This document shows positions 9,687 through 18,772 of a DNA stretch of 60,503 nucleotides, piece by piece. The first letter of the stretch is position 1, and each line of letters opens with the position of its first letter. The stretch covers positions 1 through 60,503 of the IMG/VR virus record IMGVR_UViG_3300012143_000004; one strand, given 5' to 3'. Source of the DNA: a virus. Lineage: Duplodnaviria; Caudoviricetes. The translations under genes and the position numbers were made by a program. The notes below the pieces were generated by a model. The model worked only from the letters and a program-made list of their open reading frames with translations. It was not told the origin of the DNA and made no database searches.

Positions 9687-9884
9687 ATGAATTACATTAA
9701 AAAGTTAGAAGCCCAGGTTACAGATTTAAAGGAAAACCAGGTGCAGGTTGAAACCATGTTAACTGAATTACTGGCCTACCTAACCCTGGATAAATTTACC
9801 AGCAGCATGGAAAATAATTATGTAAACGCCCAGGAAATGAAGGGCAGAATTTACGAAATAAGAAACGCAATAAACGCCGGTTAA
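9687..9884 (+). CDS. Hypothetical early protein
   Basis: ATG after promoter copy 1 and an AAAACACCCCCAGTT leader; the ORF-track start lies inside the promoter. Confidence 0.75.
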   Translation: MNYIKKLEAQVTDLKENQVQVETMLTELLAYLTLDKFTSSMENNYVNAQEMKGRIYEIRNAINAG

Positions 9885-9903
9885 AATAACCGGTTTTTTT
9901 TTT
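9877..9903 (+). terminator. Rho-independent terminator
   Basis: CCGGTTA-aaa-TAACCGG followed by a T tract. Confidence 0.75.
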
Positions 9904-9911
9904 GAAATAAA

Positions 9912-9945
9912 TTTGGAGTGTATGCGAAAGTGTACACTATCTTTG
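9912..9945 (+). promoter_or_regulatory. Promoter/operator copy 2
   Basis: TTTG ga GTGTA tgcgaaagtg TACAC TATCTTTG. Confidence 0.85.
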
Positions 9946-9975
9946 TATAACAAAACCAATAAAAACACCACCGTT

Positions 9976-10593
9976 ATGATTACTGAAATTAAAAATGAAG
10001 CCGGAAACGTAATTGCAGTTGTTACCCCAGGTGCAGCCTGGCTGATAGCTGAATTTAAAAAATTAGGGTATGAGTTAAAAATTTATACTAACCTAAGAGG
10101 CCAATTGTGTGCAAACTGCACTAAGCAAAGTGCAAAAATGAAATGGCCAAAAAATGTATTTTCCTTTTTTTATGGCAGCAATTTAAACAGGGCAAAAAGC
10201 CTGGTGGAAACCCTGGCTAAATGGAATGCATGGGAGCAAAGAAAACAGGATAATAAAGCAGAGAAAAAACAGGCCAGGGAAAATTTTACAAACCCTTACC
10301 AGGTGGGCCAGGTTTTCTATGATTCCTGGGGTTATGACCAAACCAATGTTGATTTTTATCAAATTGTGGAGGTAAAACCTAAAAGTGTGGTATTACGCGA
10401 AATAGCCAGTTTTTATTTGGATGGCAGCCGGGTAAAACCAATGCCAGGAACCTTTACAGGGGAGGCCAAAATTAAGCCCATACAGCTGAGGGTTTATGAT
10501 GGCAAAGCAAACCATTACATAAACGGGGAAAGGGGCAGTATTAGCCTATATGATGCAGGTGATAAGGGTTTATATTATTCTACTTACCATTAA
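9976..10593 (+). CDS. Hypothetical early protein (SWGYDQTNVDFYQ motif)
   Basis: ATG after AAAAACACCACCGTT leader; motif recalled from phage hypothetical proteins. Confidence 0.8.
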   Translation: MITEIKNEAGNVIAVVTPGAAWLIAEFKKLGYELKIYTNLRGQLCANCTKQSAKMKWPKNVFSFFYGSNLNRAKSLVETLAKWNAWEQRKQDNKAEKKQARENFTNPYQVGQVFYDSWGYDQTNVDFYQIVEVKPKSVVLREIASFYLDGSRVKPMPGTFTGEAKIKPIQLRVYDGKANHYINGERGSISLYDAGDKGLYYSTYH

Positions 10594-10639
10594 CAAACCA
10601 GGCCTGGGGGTAACAACCCAGGCCTTAAATAAAAAACAC

Positions 10640-10828
10640 ATGAAAAAATATAATGTTTACTACACAATTGACAAAGCAAAACGCCAACACTATTTTTTAA
10701 TAGATGCCACCAGTGAAACCGGGGCCCGGTTAGAGGCACAAAAAAGAATTAAAAAACTGCAGGATGCAGGCAAACCCGGCCCATATACAATTATTAAAGT
10801 AGAACTTTCACAGGGGTTTTACATTTAA
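10640..10828 (+). CDS. Hypothetical early protein
   Basis: ATG after an A-rich leader. Confidence 0.7.
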   Translation: MKKYNVYYTIDKAKRQHYFLIDATSETGARLEAQKRIKKLQDAGKPGPYTIIKVELSQGFYI

Positions 10829-10836
10829 CCACCAGG

Positions 10837-10861
10837 CCTGGCAAATAAGCCAGGTTTTTTT
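10837..10861 (+). terminator. Rho-independent terminator (near-identical to 11695-11720)
   Basis: CCTGGC-aaataa-GCCAGG followed by T7. Confidence 0.8.
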
Positions 10862-10901
10862 ATGCCCCCTGGTACCAGGTAAAAATATTTTTAAAATAAA
10901 A

Positions 10902-10933
10902 TTTGTGTATGTTATTTCTTACACATACCTTTG
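10902..10933 (+). promoter_or_regulatory. Promoter/operator copy 3
   Basis: TTT GTGTA tgttatttct TACAC a TACCTTTG. Confidence 0.85.
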
Positions 10934-10953
10934 ATGTATCAAAATAAAAAAAC

Positions 10954-11115
10954 ATGACAAACGAAACACTAACAGCGACAATGGTAAGGATGGTAATTTT
11001 AGATGCTATTTCTAAAGGCCACATAAACGCCACACAAATGATGGAATACATGAAAACCCAGGCTTTTTTTGATGCAGTAGCATTATACAAACAGTTATAC
11101 CACGAAACTTTTTAA
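10954..11115 (+). CDS. Hypothetical 53-aa early protein (absent from ORF track)
   Basis: MTNETLTATMVRMVILDAISKGH...HETF, directly after promoter copy 3. Confidence 0.7.
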   Translation: MTNETLTATMVRMVILDAISKGHINATQMMEYMKTQAFFDAVALYKQLYHETF

Positions 11116-11157
11116 CCACCAGGCCTGGGGATAACCCAGGCCACAAATTTTTAAAAC

Positions 11158-11682
11158 ATGACCAAAGAAATGAGCAACGAACAAAGAGCAGCCTGGAAAG
11201 CAGAAATGGAAAAACGCAATGGGATTAAAACCACCCACCTGGTAATATTTGAGGGCAGGCAATTTGAAATAAGGGGGTACCATGAGTTAAGATATTTGCA
11301 TAATTCAAAATTTACATACCAGGTATGGACAAAGCAGGATGAAAATAATTCGCATGGCCTAACCATTACACCTGGTAAAAAACTGGGGCAGATTTTCCGG
11401 GAATTAATAACCAGGGTGGAAAAATCAGAGGCAAACGGAAAAAAATACAGGGCCTTTGAAAATGCATACACCGCCCTGGATAATGCAGGAAAAATCAGTG
11501 ATAGCCGTTTTGCGTATGCCAGGTTTGTGATAGGCTACAATTTAGGCGACTATTATAATTTGTATTGGAGGTTTGATGATAGCCCCACCGGGGTTTTGTG
11601 TGTGGGGGCCTGCAGTGCAGTGGAATGGGAGGAAATAAGCCAGCTGGTAGGGCAGAGCCACAACTATTTAGAGCCCCGTTAA
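11158..11682 (+). CDS. Hypothetical early protein
   Basis: 174-aa ORF inside the cassette. Confidence 0.8.
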   Translation: MTKEMSNEQRAAWKAEMEKRNGIKTTHLVIFEGRQFEIRGYHELRYLHNSKFTYQVWTKQDENNSHGLTITPGKKLGQIFRELITRVEKSEANGKKYRAFENAYTALDNAGKISDSRFAYARFVIGYNLGDYYNLYWRFDDSPTGVLCVGACSAVEWEEISQLVGQSHNYLEPR

Positions 11683-11694
11683 ATGACCTGGGAG

Positions 11695-11720
11695 CCTGGC
11701 AAATAAAGCCAGGTTTTTTT
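11695..11720 (+). terminator. Rho-independent terminator
   Basis: CCTGGC-aaataaa-GCCAGG followed by T7. Confidence 0.8.
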
Positions 11721-11746
11721 ATGCCTAAAATTTATTTTAAAAAAGT

Positions 11747-11783
11747 TTTGGTGGAATGATTTACTTACACTTACTTTGTGTAA
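11747..11783 (+). promoter_or_regulatory. Promoter/operator copy 4
   Basis: TTTG GTGGA atgatttact TACAC TTACTTTG TGTAA. Confidence 0.8.
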
Positions 11784-11799
11784 CAAAACCAAAAAAAAC

Positions 11800-12135
11800 A
11801 TGACAACTTATTTTTCAGTAAACGAGGCATTTGCAAAAGGAACAGGCGATAATTTTTTTGAGAATAACGGCAAATACATTGCTATTAGCCGCCATGCTGA
11901 TGTTAGCGAAATGGAGGCCCAGGGGTTTAGGTTAATGCAATATGAGGAAGTTATAAAGGCCACCAGCGTATTAATAGCCACTGCAGAAAATAACGGCAAT
12001 GTGCAGCTGAGGCAAAATAAAAATATTTGGTGGATGATAAGCCCCAGCACCGGAATGCATTGTGTAAAAAGTGATACCTACAGCGAAAGGGTGAAAGCCC
12101 ACTGGGAGGGGTTTAAAACCAACCAAACGAAATAA
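11800..12135 (+). CDS. Hypothetical early protein
   Basis: ATG after promoter copy 4. Confidence 0.75.
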   Translation: MTTYFSVNEAFAKGTGDNFFENNGKYIAISRHADVSEMEAQGFRLMQYEEVIKATSVLIATAENNGNVQLRQNKNIWWMISPSTGMHCVKSDTYSERVKAHWEGFKTNQTK

Positions 12136-12143
12136 AAAAAATT

Positions 12144-12170
12144 AACCCTGGTAAAACACCAGGGTTTTTT
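12144..12170 (+). terminator. Rho-independent terminator
   Basis: AACCCTGGT-aaaac-ACCAGGGTT followed by a T tract. Confidence 0.8.
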
Positions 12171-12197
12171 ATTTAAAAAATTATTTTTCCTTTTTGA

Positions 12198-12233
12198 TTG
12201 TGGAATAAATAAGTTACACTATATTTGTGTAAC
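12198..12233 (+). promoter_or_regulatory. Promoter/operator copy 5
   Basis: tt GTGGA ataaataagt TACAC TATATTTG TGTAAC. Confidence 0.8.
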
Positions 12234-12254
12234 AAAACAATAAAAACAAAACAC

Positions 12255-12509
12255 ATGAAAGCAACAGATTTAAAAATAGGCCAAAAGTTAACCCTGGTTT
12301 TCCGCGCAACAGTTACAACAGCCAGTTTAAAAAATGATGATAGGAAAGCAGTTGTAAGGGAAATTGAAAACATAGTGTATAATTCTAACGGCAATATTTG
12401 CCACCTGTTTTTTAAGGGTATGAAAAGCGAATTTAGGCCGTCAAATGGCGAAGATTTTTATTTATATGCAATTACAGGCCCGACCAGGGAATATATAATA
12501 GTTGATTAA
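12255..12509 (+). CDS. Hypothetical early protein
   Basis: ATG after promoter copy 5. Confidence 0.75.
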   Translation: MKATDLKIGQKLTLVFRATVTTASLKNDDRKAVVREIENIVYNSNGNICHLFFKGMKSEFRPSNGEDFYLYAITGPTREYIIVD

Positions 12510-12516
12510 AATGAAG

Positions 12517-12540
12517 CCCCGCAAACCAGCGGGGTTTTTT
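12517..12540 (+). terminator. Rho-independent terminator
   Basis: CCCCGC-aaacca-GCGGGG followed by T6. Confidence 0.8.
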
Positions 12541-12550
12541 ATTTTATTTA

Positions 12551-12588
12551 TTTGTGTATGTAAAACCGTACACCTATCTTTGTGTAAC
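12551..12588 (+). promoter_or_regulatory. Promoter/operator copy 6
   Basis: TTT GTGTA tgtaaaaccg TACAC c TATCTTTG TGTAAC. Confidence 0.85.
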
Positions 12589-12601
12589 AAAAATAAAAAA
12601 C

Positions 12602-12901
12602 ATGGCAAATTTAGAAGTAGCGACAGAGATTTTAAACCAGCTGGGAGGCAAAAGGTTTTTAGTAATGACAGGCACCAAAAATTTAATGGGTGATACCAAC
12701 AGCCTTTCAATGCATTTGACCAGGAACAAAATGAAAGCAAAGTATTTGAAAATTGAGTTGATGGGTAATGATACCTACACCATGACATTTTCCACCATGC
12801 TGGGTTTTGAGCACATTATTATCGAAACCATTACAGGGGTTTACAATGATATGCTGCAGAATATTTTTACCAGCAAAACAGGCCTTTACACTAAATTTTA
12901 A
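12602..12901 (+). CDS. Conserved phage hypothetical protein (ILNQLGG.RF..MTG motif)
   Basis: ATG after promoter copy 6; motif recalled from phage early proteins. Confidence 0.8.
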   Translation: MANLEVATEILNQLGGKRFLVMTGTKNLMGDTNSLSMHLTRNKMKAKYLKIELMGNDTYTMTFSTMLGFEHIIIETITGVYNDMLQNIFTSKTGLYTKF

Positions 12902-12944
12902 AAACGGGGGCCCCCGACCAAAGGGGGCCCAAAAAATACCAGCC

Positions 12945-13163
12945 ATGAAAACGAATATAAAAACAATTAAAATTACAATCCCAAATGAAGGGGTATTAAA
13001 AACGCTAACCACCACACCCACCCTGGCAGGAATTACCAGGTTAAAATTAAAGGTGGGTGAAAATATCGAAAGGGTTAACCATTACCAGTACAGCCAGCTG
13101 GTTAGATTGTACCCCATAGCGGGGGCCCAGGTGGCAGAAATTTTACCAGTTAAACCGGATTAA
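12945..13163 (+). CDS. Hypothetical early protein
   Basis: ATG after a GC hairpin and an AAAAAATACCAGCC leader. Confidence 0.65.
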   Translation: MKTNIKTIKITIPNEGVLKTLTTTPTLAGITRLKLKVGENIERVNHYQYSQLVRLYPIAGAQVAEILPVKPD

Positions 13164-13176
13164 AAACCCGGTTTTT

Positions 13177-13362
13177 TTATGCCCCTGGTACAATTTTACT
13201 TTTATTCCATTCCCTTATTAACCTATAGTAAACCTGTTCACGTTTTAATATTAGGTTCTCTTCGCATTCCAGCCGGGTTTGTTCAGTTTTAATAATGTGC
13301 TCAATATCCACCGGTAAATTTTTTAATGGAAAGGTTTTTTTATGTGTTTCGTTTTTTGCCAT
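13177..13362 (-). CDS. Putative ribbon-helix-helix DNA-binding protein
   Basis: Beta-strand-like KTFPLKNLP followed by two amphipathic helices. Divergent from the head operon; local + strand TC richness supports minus-strand coding. Confidence 0.55.
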   Translation of the reverse strand: MAKNETHKKTFPLKNLPVDIEHIIKTEQTRLECEENLILKREQVYYRLIREWNKSKIVPGA

Positions 13363-13445
13363 GCTGGCAAAGGTAACCCCAGGTTACCTGCATTTTCCAC
13401 CCTGGCAGGTGGAAAATATACCTTAGACCCCCTAAAGCCGGATTT

Positions 13446-13898
13446 ATGGCCATTGAAAAAAACTGGTTATTACTTACTAATTACACCGGGGTTTTACAAA
13501 TTGTACCCCTGGGAAACAGGCCTTTTTTTGAGGCCCAAAATAAAACGGTTAAGAAATACCAATATAAATTCAGGGAAATGACGTACCAGGATGCAGTTGA
13601 TTTTGTTGAAAAACACAATGGACGCGACCCCGATTTTATGACACCGGCCCGGACAGCCAGTATTTTAAGTGATAAGGATAGGCAAATTGAGGATTTAAAG
13701 GCCCAGCTGGCAGCCCTGCAGGGCCCACATGATGGAATGATTACAGCCAGCCCCATGAAAGTACCGGAGGGCCTAAAAGGAGCCCCACAGGCCCCGGAAA
13801 ACACCCCGGTTATGAATATACCGGAAAGCAACCAGGTAACAGCCAGGGGGCCAGGGAGGCCACGACAAACCCCGGCAATGGAACCGGCAAACAGTTAA
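13446..13898 (+). CDS. Hypothetical protein at the start of the head operon
   Basis: 150 aa with a short coiled coil and a disordered tail containing GPGRPR. Confidence 0.7.
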   Translation: MAIEKNWLLLTNYTGVLQIVPLGNRPFFEAQNKTVKKYQYKFREMTYQDAVDFVEKHNGRDPDFMTPARTASILSDKDRQIEDLKAQLAALQGPHDGMITASPMKVPEGLKGAPQAPENTPVMNIPESNQVTARGPGRPRQTPAMEPANS

Positions 13899-13936
13899 CC
13901 ACGATATTTTTTTAATAAAAAATAGCCCCAGTAATT

Positions 13937-14863
13937 ATGGCACAATTCGGAAACCTTTTAAAAAGCCTGGCAGCAAAAGCCGGTATTAAAGTGGATGATG
14001 AAACACTAAAAAAAATTTTAGGTTTTGCCGATGTGAGCCAGTTAGAAATACCCGATGAATTTAATACAGCCCTGGAAGGGAACCTATTAACGGTTGATTC
14101 AGCCAGCGCAAATACTGAGGTTAGGAGGAAATTAATTGCTGAGGCCCTAAACGGGGCAGATAGCGAACTGGATAGAAGTGTTGATGAAATTGGTTTTGAT
14201 GATGCTTTTAAAGGTGAGTGGAAGCAAATAACCAGAAACACTAATGAAAAAATCAGAAAGCTATCTAAAGCAATAAAGGAAAGGGAGGCAAAAATTAAAG
14301 CCGATGCAGAGGCAGGCAATAAAAAAGACCCTAACGCAGAGGCCCAATTAAACGCCCTGAAAGCCCAAATAATTGACCTTAATAAAAACCTGGCAGATGC
14401 CAAAACCACCCACCAGGTGGAAGTTGATAATTTGAAAGCCCAAAACCTACAGGACAAAAAAGATTTTCATTTAACGAACCTTTTAGCCAGCAAACCCCTA
14501 CCAAAAAACGGGATTCCTGCAGAGGTTAACATTTTAACGGCCAAAACCCTGATACAACAGGAAGCGGCAAAAAACGGCCTGGTAATTAACTTTGATGCTA
14601 ATGGCCAGCCGCAATTAAAACAACGCAAAGACGGGGCAGAGATTGACTATTTTATAGACAATAAACCCGTTAACTATTCCAGTTTTGTGGATGGTGTACT
14701 GGCACAAAATAAGTTTTTACAGGTAAACGACCCAAACCCCGATAATGGTGGCCAGGGTAACAACCCGCAGCCAGGAACCCCACCCCCAGCAGGGGCCAAA
14801 ACTAACCAGGGAGCCGTCAATAGTATTGATGCCCAGCTGGCCATGTTAAACGGCCAGGTTTAG
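13937..14863 (+). CDS. Capsid scaffolding protein
   Basis: Coiled-coil, charged, G/N/P-rich linker near the C-terminus, immediately upstream of the MCP. Confidence 0.7.
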   Translation: MAQFGNLLKSLAAKAGIKVDDETLKKILGFADVSQLEIPDEFNTALEGNLLTVDSASANTEVRRKLIAEALNGADSELDRSVDEIGFDDAFKGEWKQITRNTNEKIRKLSKAIKEREAKIKADAEAGNKKDPNAEAQLNALKAQIIDLNKNLADAKTTHQVEVDNLKAQNLQDKKDFHLTNLLASKPLPKNGIPAEVNILTAKTLIQQEAAKNGLVINFDANGQPQLKQRKDGAEIDYFIDNKPVNYSSFVDGVLAQNKFLQVNDPNPDNGGQGNNPQPGTPPPAGAKTNQGAVNSIDAQLAMLNGQV

Positions 14864-14896
14864 GCTGCACCCAGTTTTCCAAACCTTTTATTTTTT

Positions 14897-16027
14897 ATGG
14901 CAAACGGTTTTTTGTGTGCCCTGATGTTAACCAGTAAACAGGTTTTTCAGGGTGCCAACCCCAGCGAAAAAATAACCCCCCCAGGTTATTTAGAAATGTT
15001 ACTGGCCAATACCCAGCCTAACATTATTTCCAGCAGTATGGCAGATGGTAGCGGCCACATTCGTGATGTAGTTATAAAGTACAGGCCCAGGGTACCAACC
15101 GGTAAAAGCCACACAGCTGATGATTGTAGCATACAGGCCAGCCCGGTTTATAAGGAGGCCACAATTCCAGCCCTTTTATTCAGAAAATACGGGGTTTTTA
15201 TTGATTATACCACCATTGCGAAATATGAAAAGGAGGCCAGCCAAACAGTTAACCTGGGCAGGCCAGCGCCCCCCCAGGGCATACTAATGGAAATTTATAA
15301 CGCCATTGTGGAAAGTGCAAACGGCCTTTTCGGGGATATAAACAACGATTTATTAACCCTGGCAGCCGCCAATTTTGGAACCAATGTTACTACAGGCAAC
15401 AGCACCGCCAAACCAATAAATTTCCCATTATCAACAGCTACAAACCCATTAAACCAGGGAGTAACTATGTTAATGAGTGATGTTATGGAAAACGAAATAC
15501 AGCCCAATGAAACCACGATAGTGGGCAGCGGGTTAATTAACAACGTTTACCTGCAGGCTAATTTTAATACAGCCAACACCACCCAGCAGAACTACCCAAA
15601 TAATTTTCCCCCGTTTTTTTACGACCCATACGCCGGGGCCAAATTTGGTGCAAACCAGTTTGGAGTATTTGAAAGGAATGCAGTGCAGCTGGTGAACGTT
15701 AACAAATTTGCCGGGTTTATTGGAGGGGATAAAATGAGTACATTTTTGTTCACCCTGGAATTACCAGTTAAAGACAGCCTGGGCAGAACAGAATTGCAAA
15801 AATTCACCTTTGACGCCCAGCTGAGGCATATTGATTGCCCCACAGAGGTGGAAATAGGCAGCGCCGGCCCTTACGGGTACCCAGGCCTGCAAACAGTTGA
15901 CAGGGGATGGGTTTTGGATATCATGGCAAATTACAACCAGGTAAACATTGCTGATGATGCCTATGATGCCACCGACCGGTTAACCGGCAATAATGGAACG
16001 TTACGTTATGAAGCCACAAATACATAA
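14897..16027 (+). CDS. Major capsid protein
   Basis: 376 aa; position after the scaffold and before neck genes. Confidence 0.75.
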   Translation: MANGFLCALMLTSKQVFQGANPSEKITPPGYLEMLLANTQPNIISSSMADGSGHIRDVVIKYRPRVPTGKSHTADDCSIQASPVYKEATIPALLFRKYGVFIDYTTIAKYEKEASQTVNLGRPAPPQGILMEIYNAIVESANGLFGDINNDLLTLAAANFGTNVTTGNSTAKPINFPLSTATNPLNQGVTMLMSDVMENEIQPNETTIVGSGLINNVYLQANFNTANTTQQNYPNNFPPFFYDPYAGAKFGANQFGVFERNAVQLVNVNKFAGFIGGDKMSTFLFTLELPVKDSLGRTELQKFTFDAQLRHIDCPTEVEIGSAGPYGYPGLQTVDRGWVLDIMANYNQVNIADDAYDATDRLTGNNGTLRYEATNT

Positions 16028-16075
16028 TTAACGGGGCACCCATTGACATTGGGGCCCTGTTTAATTTTCTATCCA

Positions 16076-16600
16076 ATGGAATGCCTGAAAAATTACATAC
16101 AGATTGAAGGGTGCAGCGCCCCGCCATACATAGTGGAGGGGGTGGAAATGGAGGCCAGCGGCCTGTTTATAAATGTTGATTTACCCATTAGTTTACAGGA
16201 AATTGATTCGTTTGCAGACGGGGAGCAATTAACGTTTTTACAGGTTTGGGATGAAGTGCAAAACCGGGGCATAAAGAAATTTATTAACCGGGTAAGGGCT
16301 GGTTATATGGAATTATTCAGGGTTTGTTTTATTGAGGAAGCCTGGTTTTGTGAAAACAAAGAACAGCTAAAATATGCCCTACTTTATTTTTTGGGGGTTG
16401 AATTGATGTTGGAAAAAATTTATACCATTCGCATTAATCGGTTTACCAGGGGATTTGATAAAGTAAGGGCCCAGGAAATGAGGGATGATTTTCAGGCAGA
16501 GTTTATAACATATTTAAAAAGCGGCCTGGAAGCCATTGGCCATGATACCAACAGCCAGCAGGGTGGAAATATTTATTCAATGGTGGAGGTTTTGCCATGA
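16076..16600 (+). CDS. Head-tail adaptor (putative)
   Basis: Position after the MCP; ATG start MECLKNYI. Confidence 0.55.
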   Translation: MECLKNYIQIEGCSAPPYIVEGVEMEASGLFINVDLPISLQEIDSFADGEQLTFLQVWDEVQNRGIKKFINRVRAGYMELFRVCFIEEAWFCENKEQLKYALLYFLGVELMLEKIYTIRINRFTRGFDKVRAQEMRDDFQAEFITYLKSGLEAIGHDTNSQQGGNIYSMVEVLP

Positions 16601-17181
16601 TACTGGTGAAAACGACTATAGGGGATTTTATGACCAACTTTAAAAAGAAGTTGTTAAGCCCTGAGCAAACGGATAAAATGGTTAGAACAGCGGCCACCAG
16701 TGTACTGGGATTGATGAAACAACGCATACACAAAAACGGCCTGGATGCAACATTAAAACCCATTGGTTTTTATTCCAAAGGGTATATGGTTTTACGAACC
16801 GGGGCATTTAAAAACGCCAAACGTACAAAAACAGGAAAAAACGCCGGTAAACTAAAAGATGCTGGCATGTTTACGAAAGGGCAGAACGCCACCAGCAGTG
16901 TAAAAACCAGGAAATTAAACAGCCCCCGGCCCAGGTACAACAGGACAAACGACCCCAAAATAATTGCCAGTTTGACCAGGCAAATGGAAAACGATTTTAA
17001 AGTGATTGCAACCGGCCCCAATAGTTATGGCCTGGGATTTAGCAACAGCCACAATTATGACAAAAGCCAGTGGGTGGAGGCCACCTATAATAAGAAAGGC
17101 GAAATATTTTCACTGAGCCCGGATGAAATAAAAATTGTAGAAAACACAGTGCAAAAATTTACAGCTGATGCCATTACTTAA
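16597..17181 (+). CDS. Neck / tail-completion protein (putative)
   Basis: Very basic; position in the neck module. Confidence 0.5.
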   Translation: MILVKTTIGDFMTNFKKKLLSPEQTDKMVRTAATSVLGLMKQRIHKNGLDATLKPIGFYSKGYMVLRTGAFKNAKRTKTGKNAGKLKDAGMFTKGQNATSSVKTRKLNSPRPRYNRTNDPKIIASLTRQMENDFKVIATGPNSYGLGFSNSHNYDKSQWVEATYNKKGEIFSLSPDEIKIVENTVQKFTADAIT

Positions 17182-17773
17182 TAAAATAGTAAATGATATA
17201 AATGAAGCCTGGAAAAATACAGCGTTAACGTGTGGCCCGTTATGTGATTGCACTAATATTTTGCACCCCCTGGCAGAAACAATGATTGATAGCAGCCAGG
17301 CGGCCCAAAACATTTTAACCACATACCCTGGCATTGCTGATTTTAAGGGGGAGGTTTTAATGATTGATGTAAATGATAGTTATGATTTAACGCTATTTCA
17401 TAAACTGGAAACAATTGTTAACACCCTGGTTTTAAATAAAGGGTACGGGGATAACCCAGGCGAACTGCAGGAAGCGGCCAGCATGGCAGTTATAGTAATT
17501 GCATGGAAAAGCAAAATAAAAATGGAGGCCCATGAACTGGAAGCCAGGTTAAAAAATAGCCTGCCATTGATGCCACTGAAATACAAAAATGAAGATGGGC
17601 ACACAGTGCAAACCAGCCGGTTAACAGCTGGGGCCAGTACGTTTGATAAAACGGCCCTTTTACAAAGGGAATATACCAGGGTTGAATTGAATTTTCCCGA
17701 CCTGATTTTATTTGAAATGAAATATTTGGTTAACAGCACTTACAAAAAAGAGTGTTTAGAAATATGTAAATAA
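17168..17773 (+). CDS. Tail terminator-like protein (putative)
   Basis: Directly upstream of the tail tube gene. Confidence 0.45.
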   Translation: MPLLNKIVNDINEAWKNTALTCGPLCDCTNILHPLAETMIDSSQAAQNILTTYPGIADFKGEVLMIDVNDSYDLTLFHKLETIVNTLVLNKGYGDNPGELQEAASMAVIVIAWKSKIKMEAHELEARLKNSLPLMPLKYKNEDGHTVQTSRLTAGASTFDKTALLQREYTRVELNFPDLILFEMKYLVNSTYKKECLEICK

Positions 17774-17799
17774 TTTTTTAAAAAACAAAACTTTTTATC

Positions 17800-18690
17800 A
17801 TGGCATATTCTGATTATTACACCGCATGTAGTGATGATATTGACCCCCATTTTTGCGCCGATTGCGACAGCCCGACAGAGAAAGGCAGAATACGCCGGGG
17901 GGGATGGTTACGCCATGCAGCATACCCAGCCGTAATGGTTGACCCAACCAGCGCAGCTGTTTGGAATACTGCAATAGCTGCAGGGGATTTTATTGTATTG
18001 CCTGAATTATCGGGAACCTTTGACGGAGGGGCCCCAAAATACGGCCCAGGGTTTGGCGACACCAAAGAAAAATTTTTAGGGGCAGATTACGCAGCCGTTA
18101 TTAAAGACCCGTCATATAAAGAAAACTGGCCACATTACCGTTCTTTAGTGGGTAAAAGCAGCTGGCACCTGGTTTATGTAACAGAAACCCAGTTACATAT
18201 TAGCGGGGTACCCGTTACAGTGGCACCAAAAAACCCGATTACGGAAAACGTTGATGATGATGTAATATGGGAAAGTGAGGTTAAATGGTTTGAAACCTTT
18301 ACACCAGCGCCACATGATGCACCTATGGAAATTTTCACCTGCACACCAGGCGAAGGGGGAGCCGTTACCACCTTTGAATTTATGACAGGCAGTAAAGCCA
18401 CTGAGGGCATAGATAACGATGATGTAAACGCCGGCAGTACCAACACTGGCACCAGTGGCCAGGATATTGTTGCACCGGATGGAGCATTTGCAACCGCCGG
18501 CCCGGAATTTTGTTTTATGGCAGAACCATTAACGGAACCGGCAAAAACGACCTGGTATAATACCGCTATTAATAACGGGGATATAGGCCCAGGCGAAACA
18601 TTCGAGGTAGCAGATAGCGCCCCCTGGAGGATTTATTACACCACAGCGGCCACAGAGTTTACCGGCCCAGTGGAGTTTAGATTACCATAA
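17800..18690 (+). CDS. Major tail (tube) protein with C-terminal accessory domain
   Basis: Acidic 296-aa protein after the neck genes, followed by a terminator. Confidence 0.6.
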   Translation: MAYSDYYTACSDDIDPHFCADCDSPTEKGRIRRGGWLRHAAYPAVMVDPTSAAVWNTAIAAGDFIVLPELSGTFDGGAPKYGPGFGDTKEKFLGADYAAVIKDPSYKENWPHYRSLVGKSSWHLVYVTETQLHISGVPVTVAPKNPITENVDDDVIWESEVKWFETFTPAPHDAPMEIFTCTPGEGGAVTTFEFMTGSKATEGIDNDDVNAGSTNTGTSGQDIVAPDGAFATAGPEFCFMAEPLTEPAKTTWYNTAINNGDIGPGETFEVADSAPWRIYYTTAATEFTGPVEFRLP

Positions 18691-18700
18691 AAAAACGTTT

Positions 18701-18731
18701 AAAAGGGCTGGTTAAAACCCGGCCCTTTTTT
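18701..18731 (+). terminator. Rho-independent terminator
   Basis: AAAAGGGCTGG...CCGGCCCTTTTTT. Confidence 0.75.
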
Positions 18732-18772
18732 GTAAAACGTTTCACATGAAACCTTATTAAAATATTTTAATA

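Noticed and set aside
9633-12588. Repeated promoter units as a CRISPR array or integron attC sites
   Set aside because: The repeats are degenerate, spaced hundreds of bp apart by whole genes, and match a promoter consensus. No cas gene or integron integrase is present.
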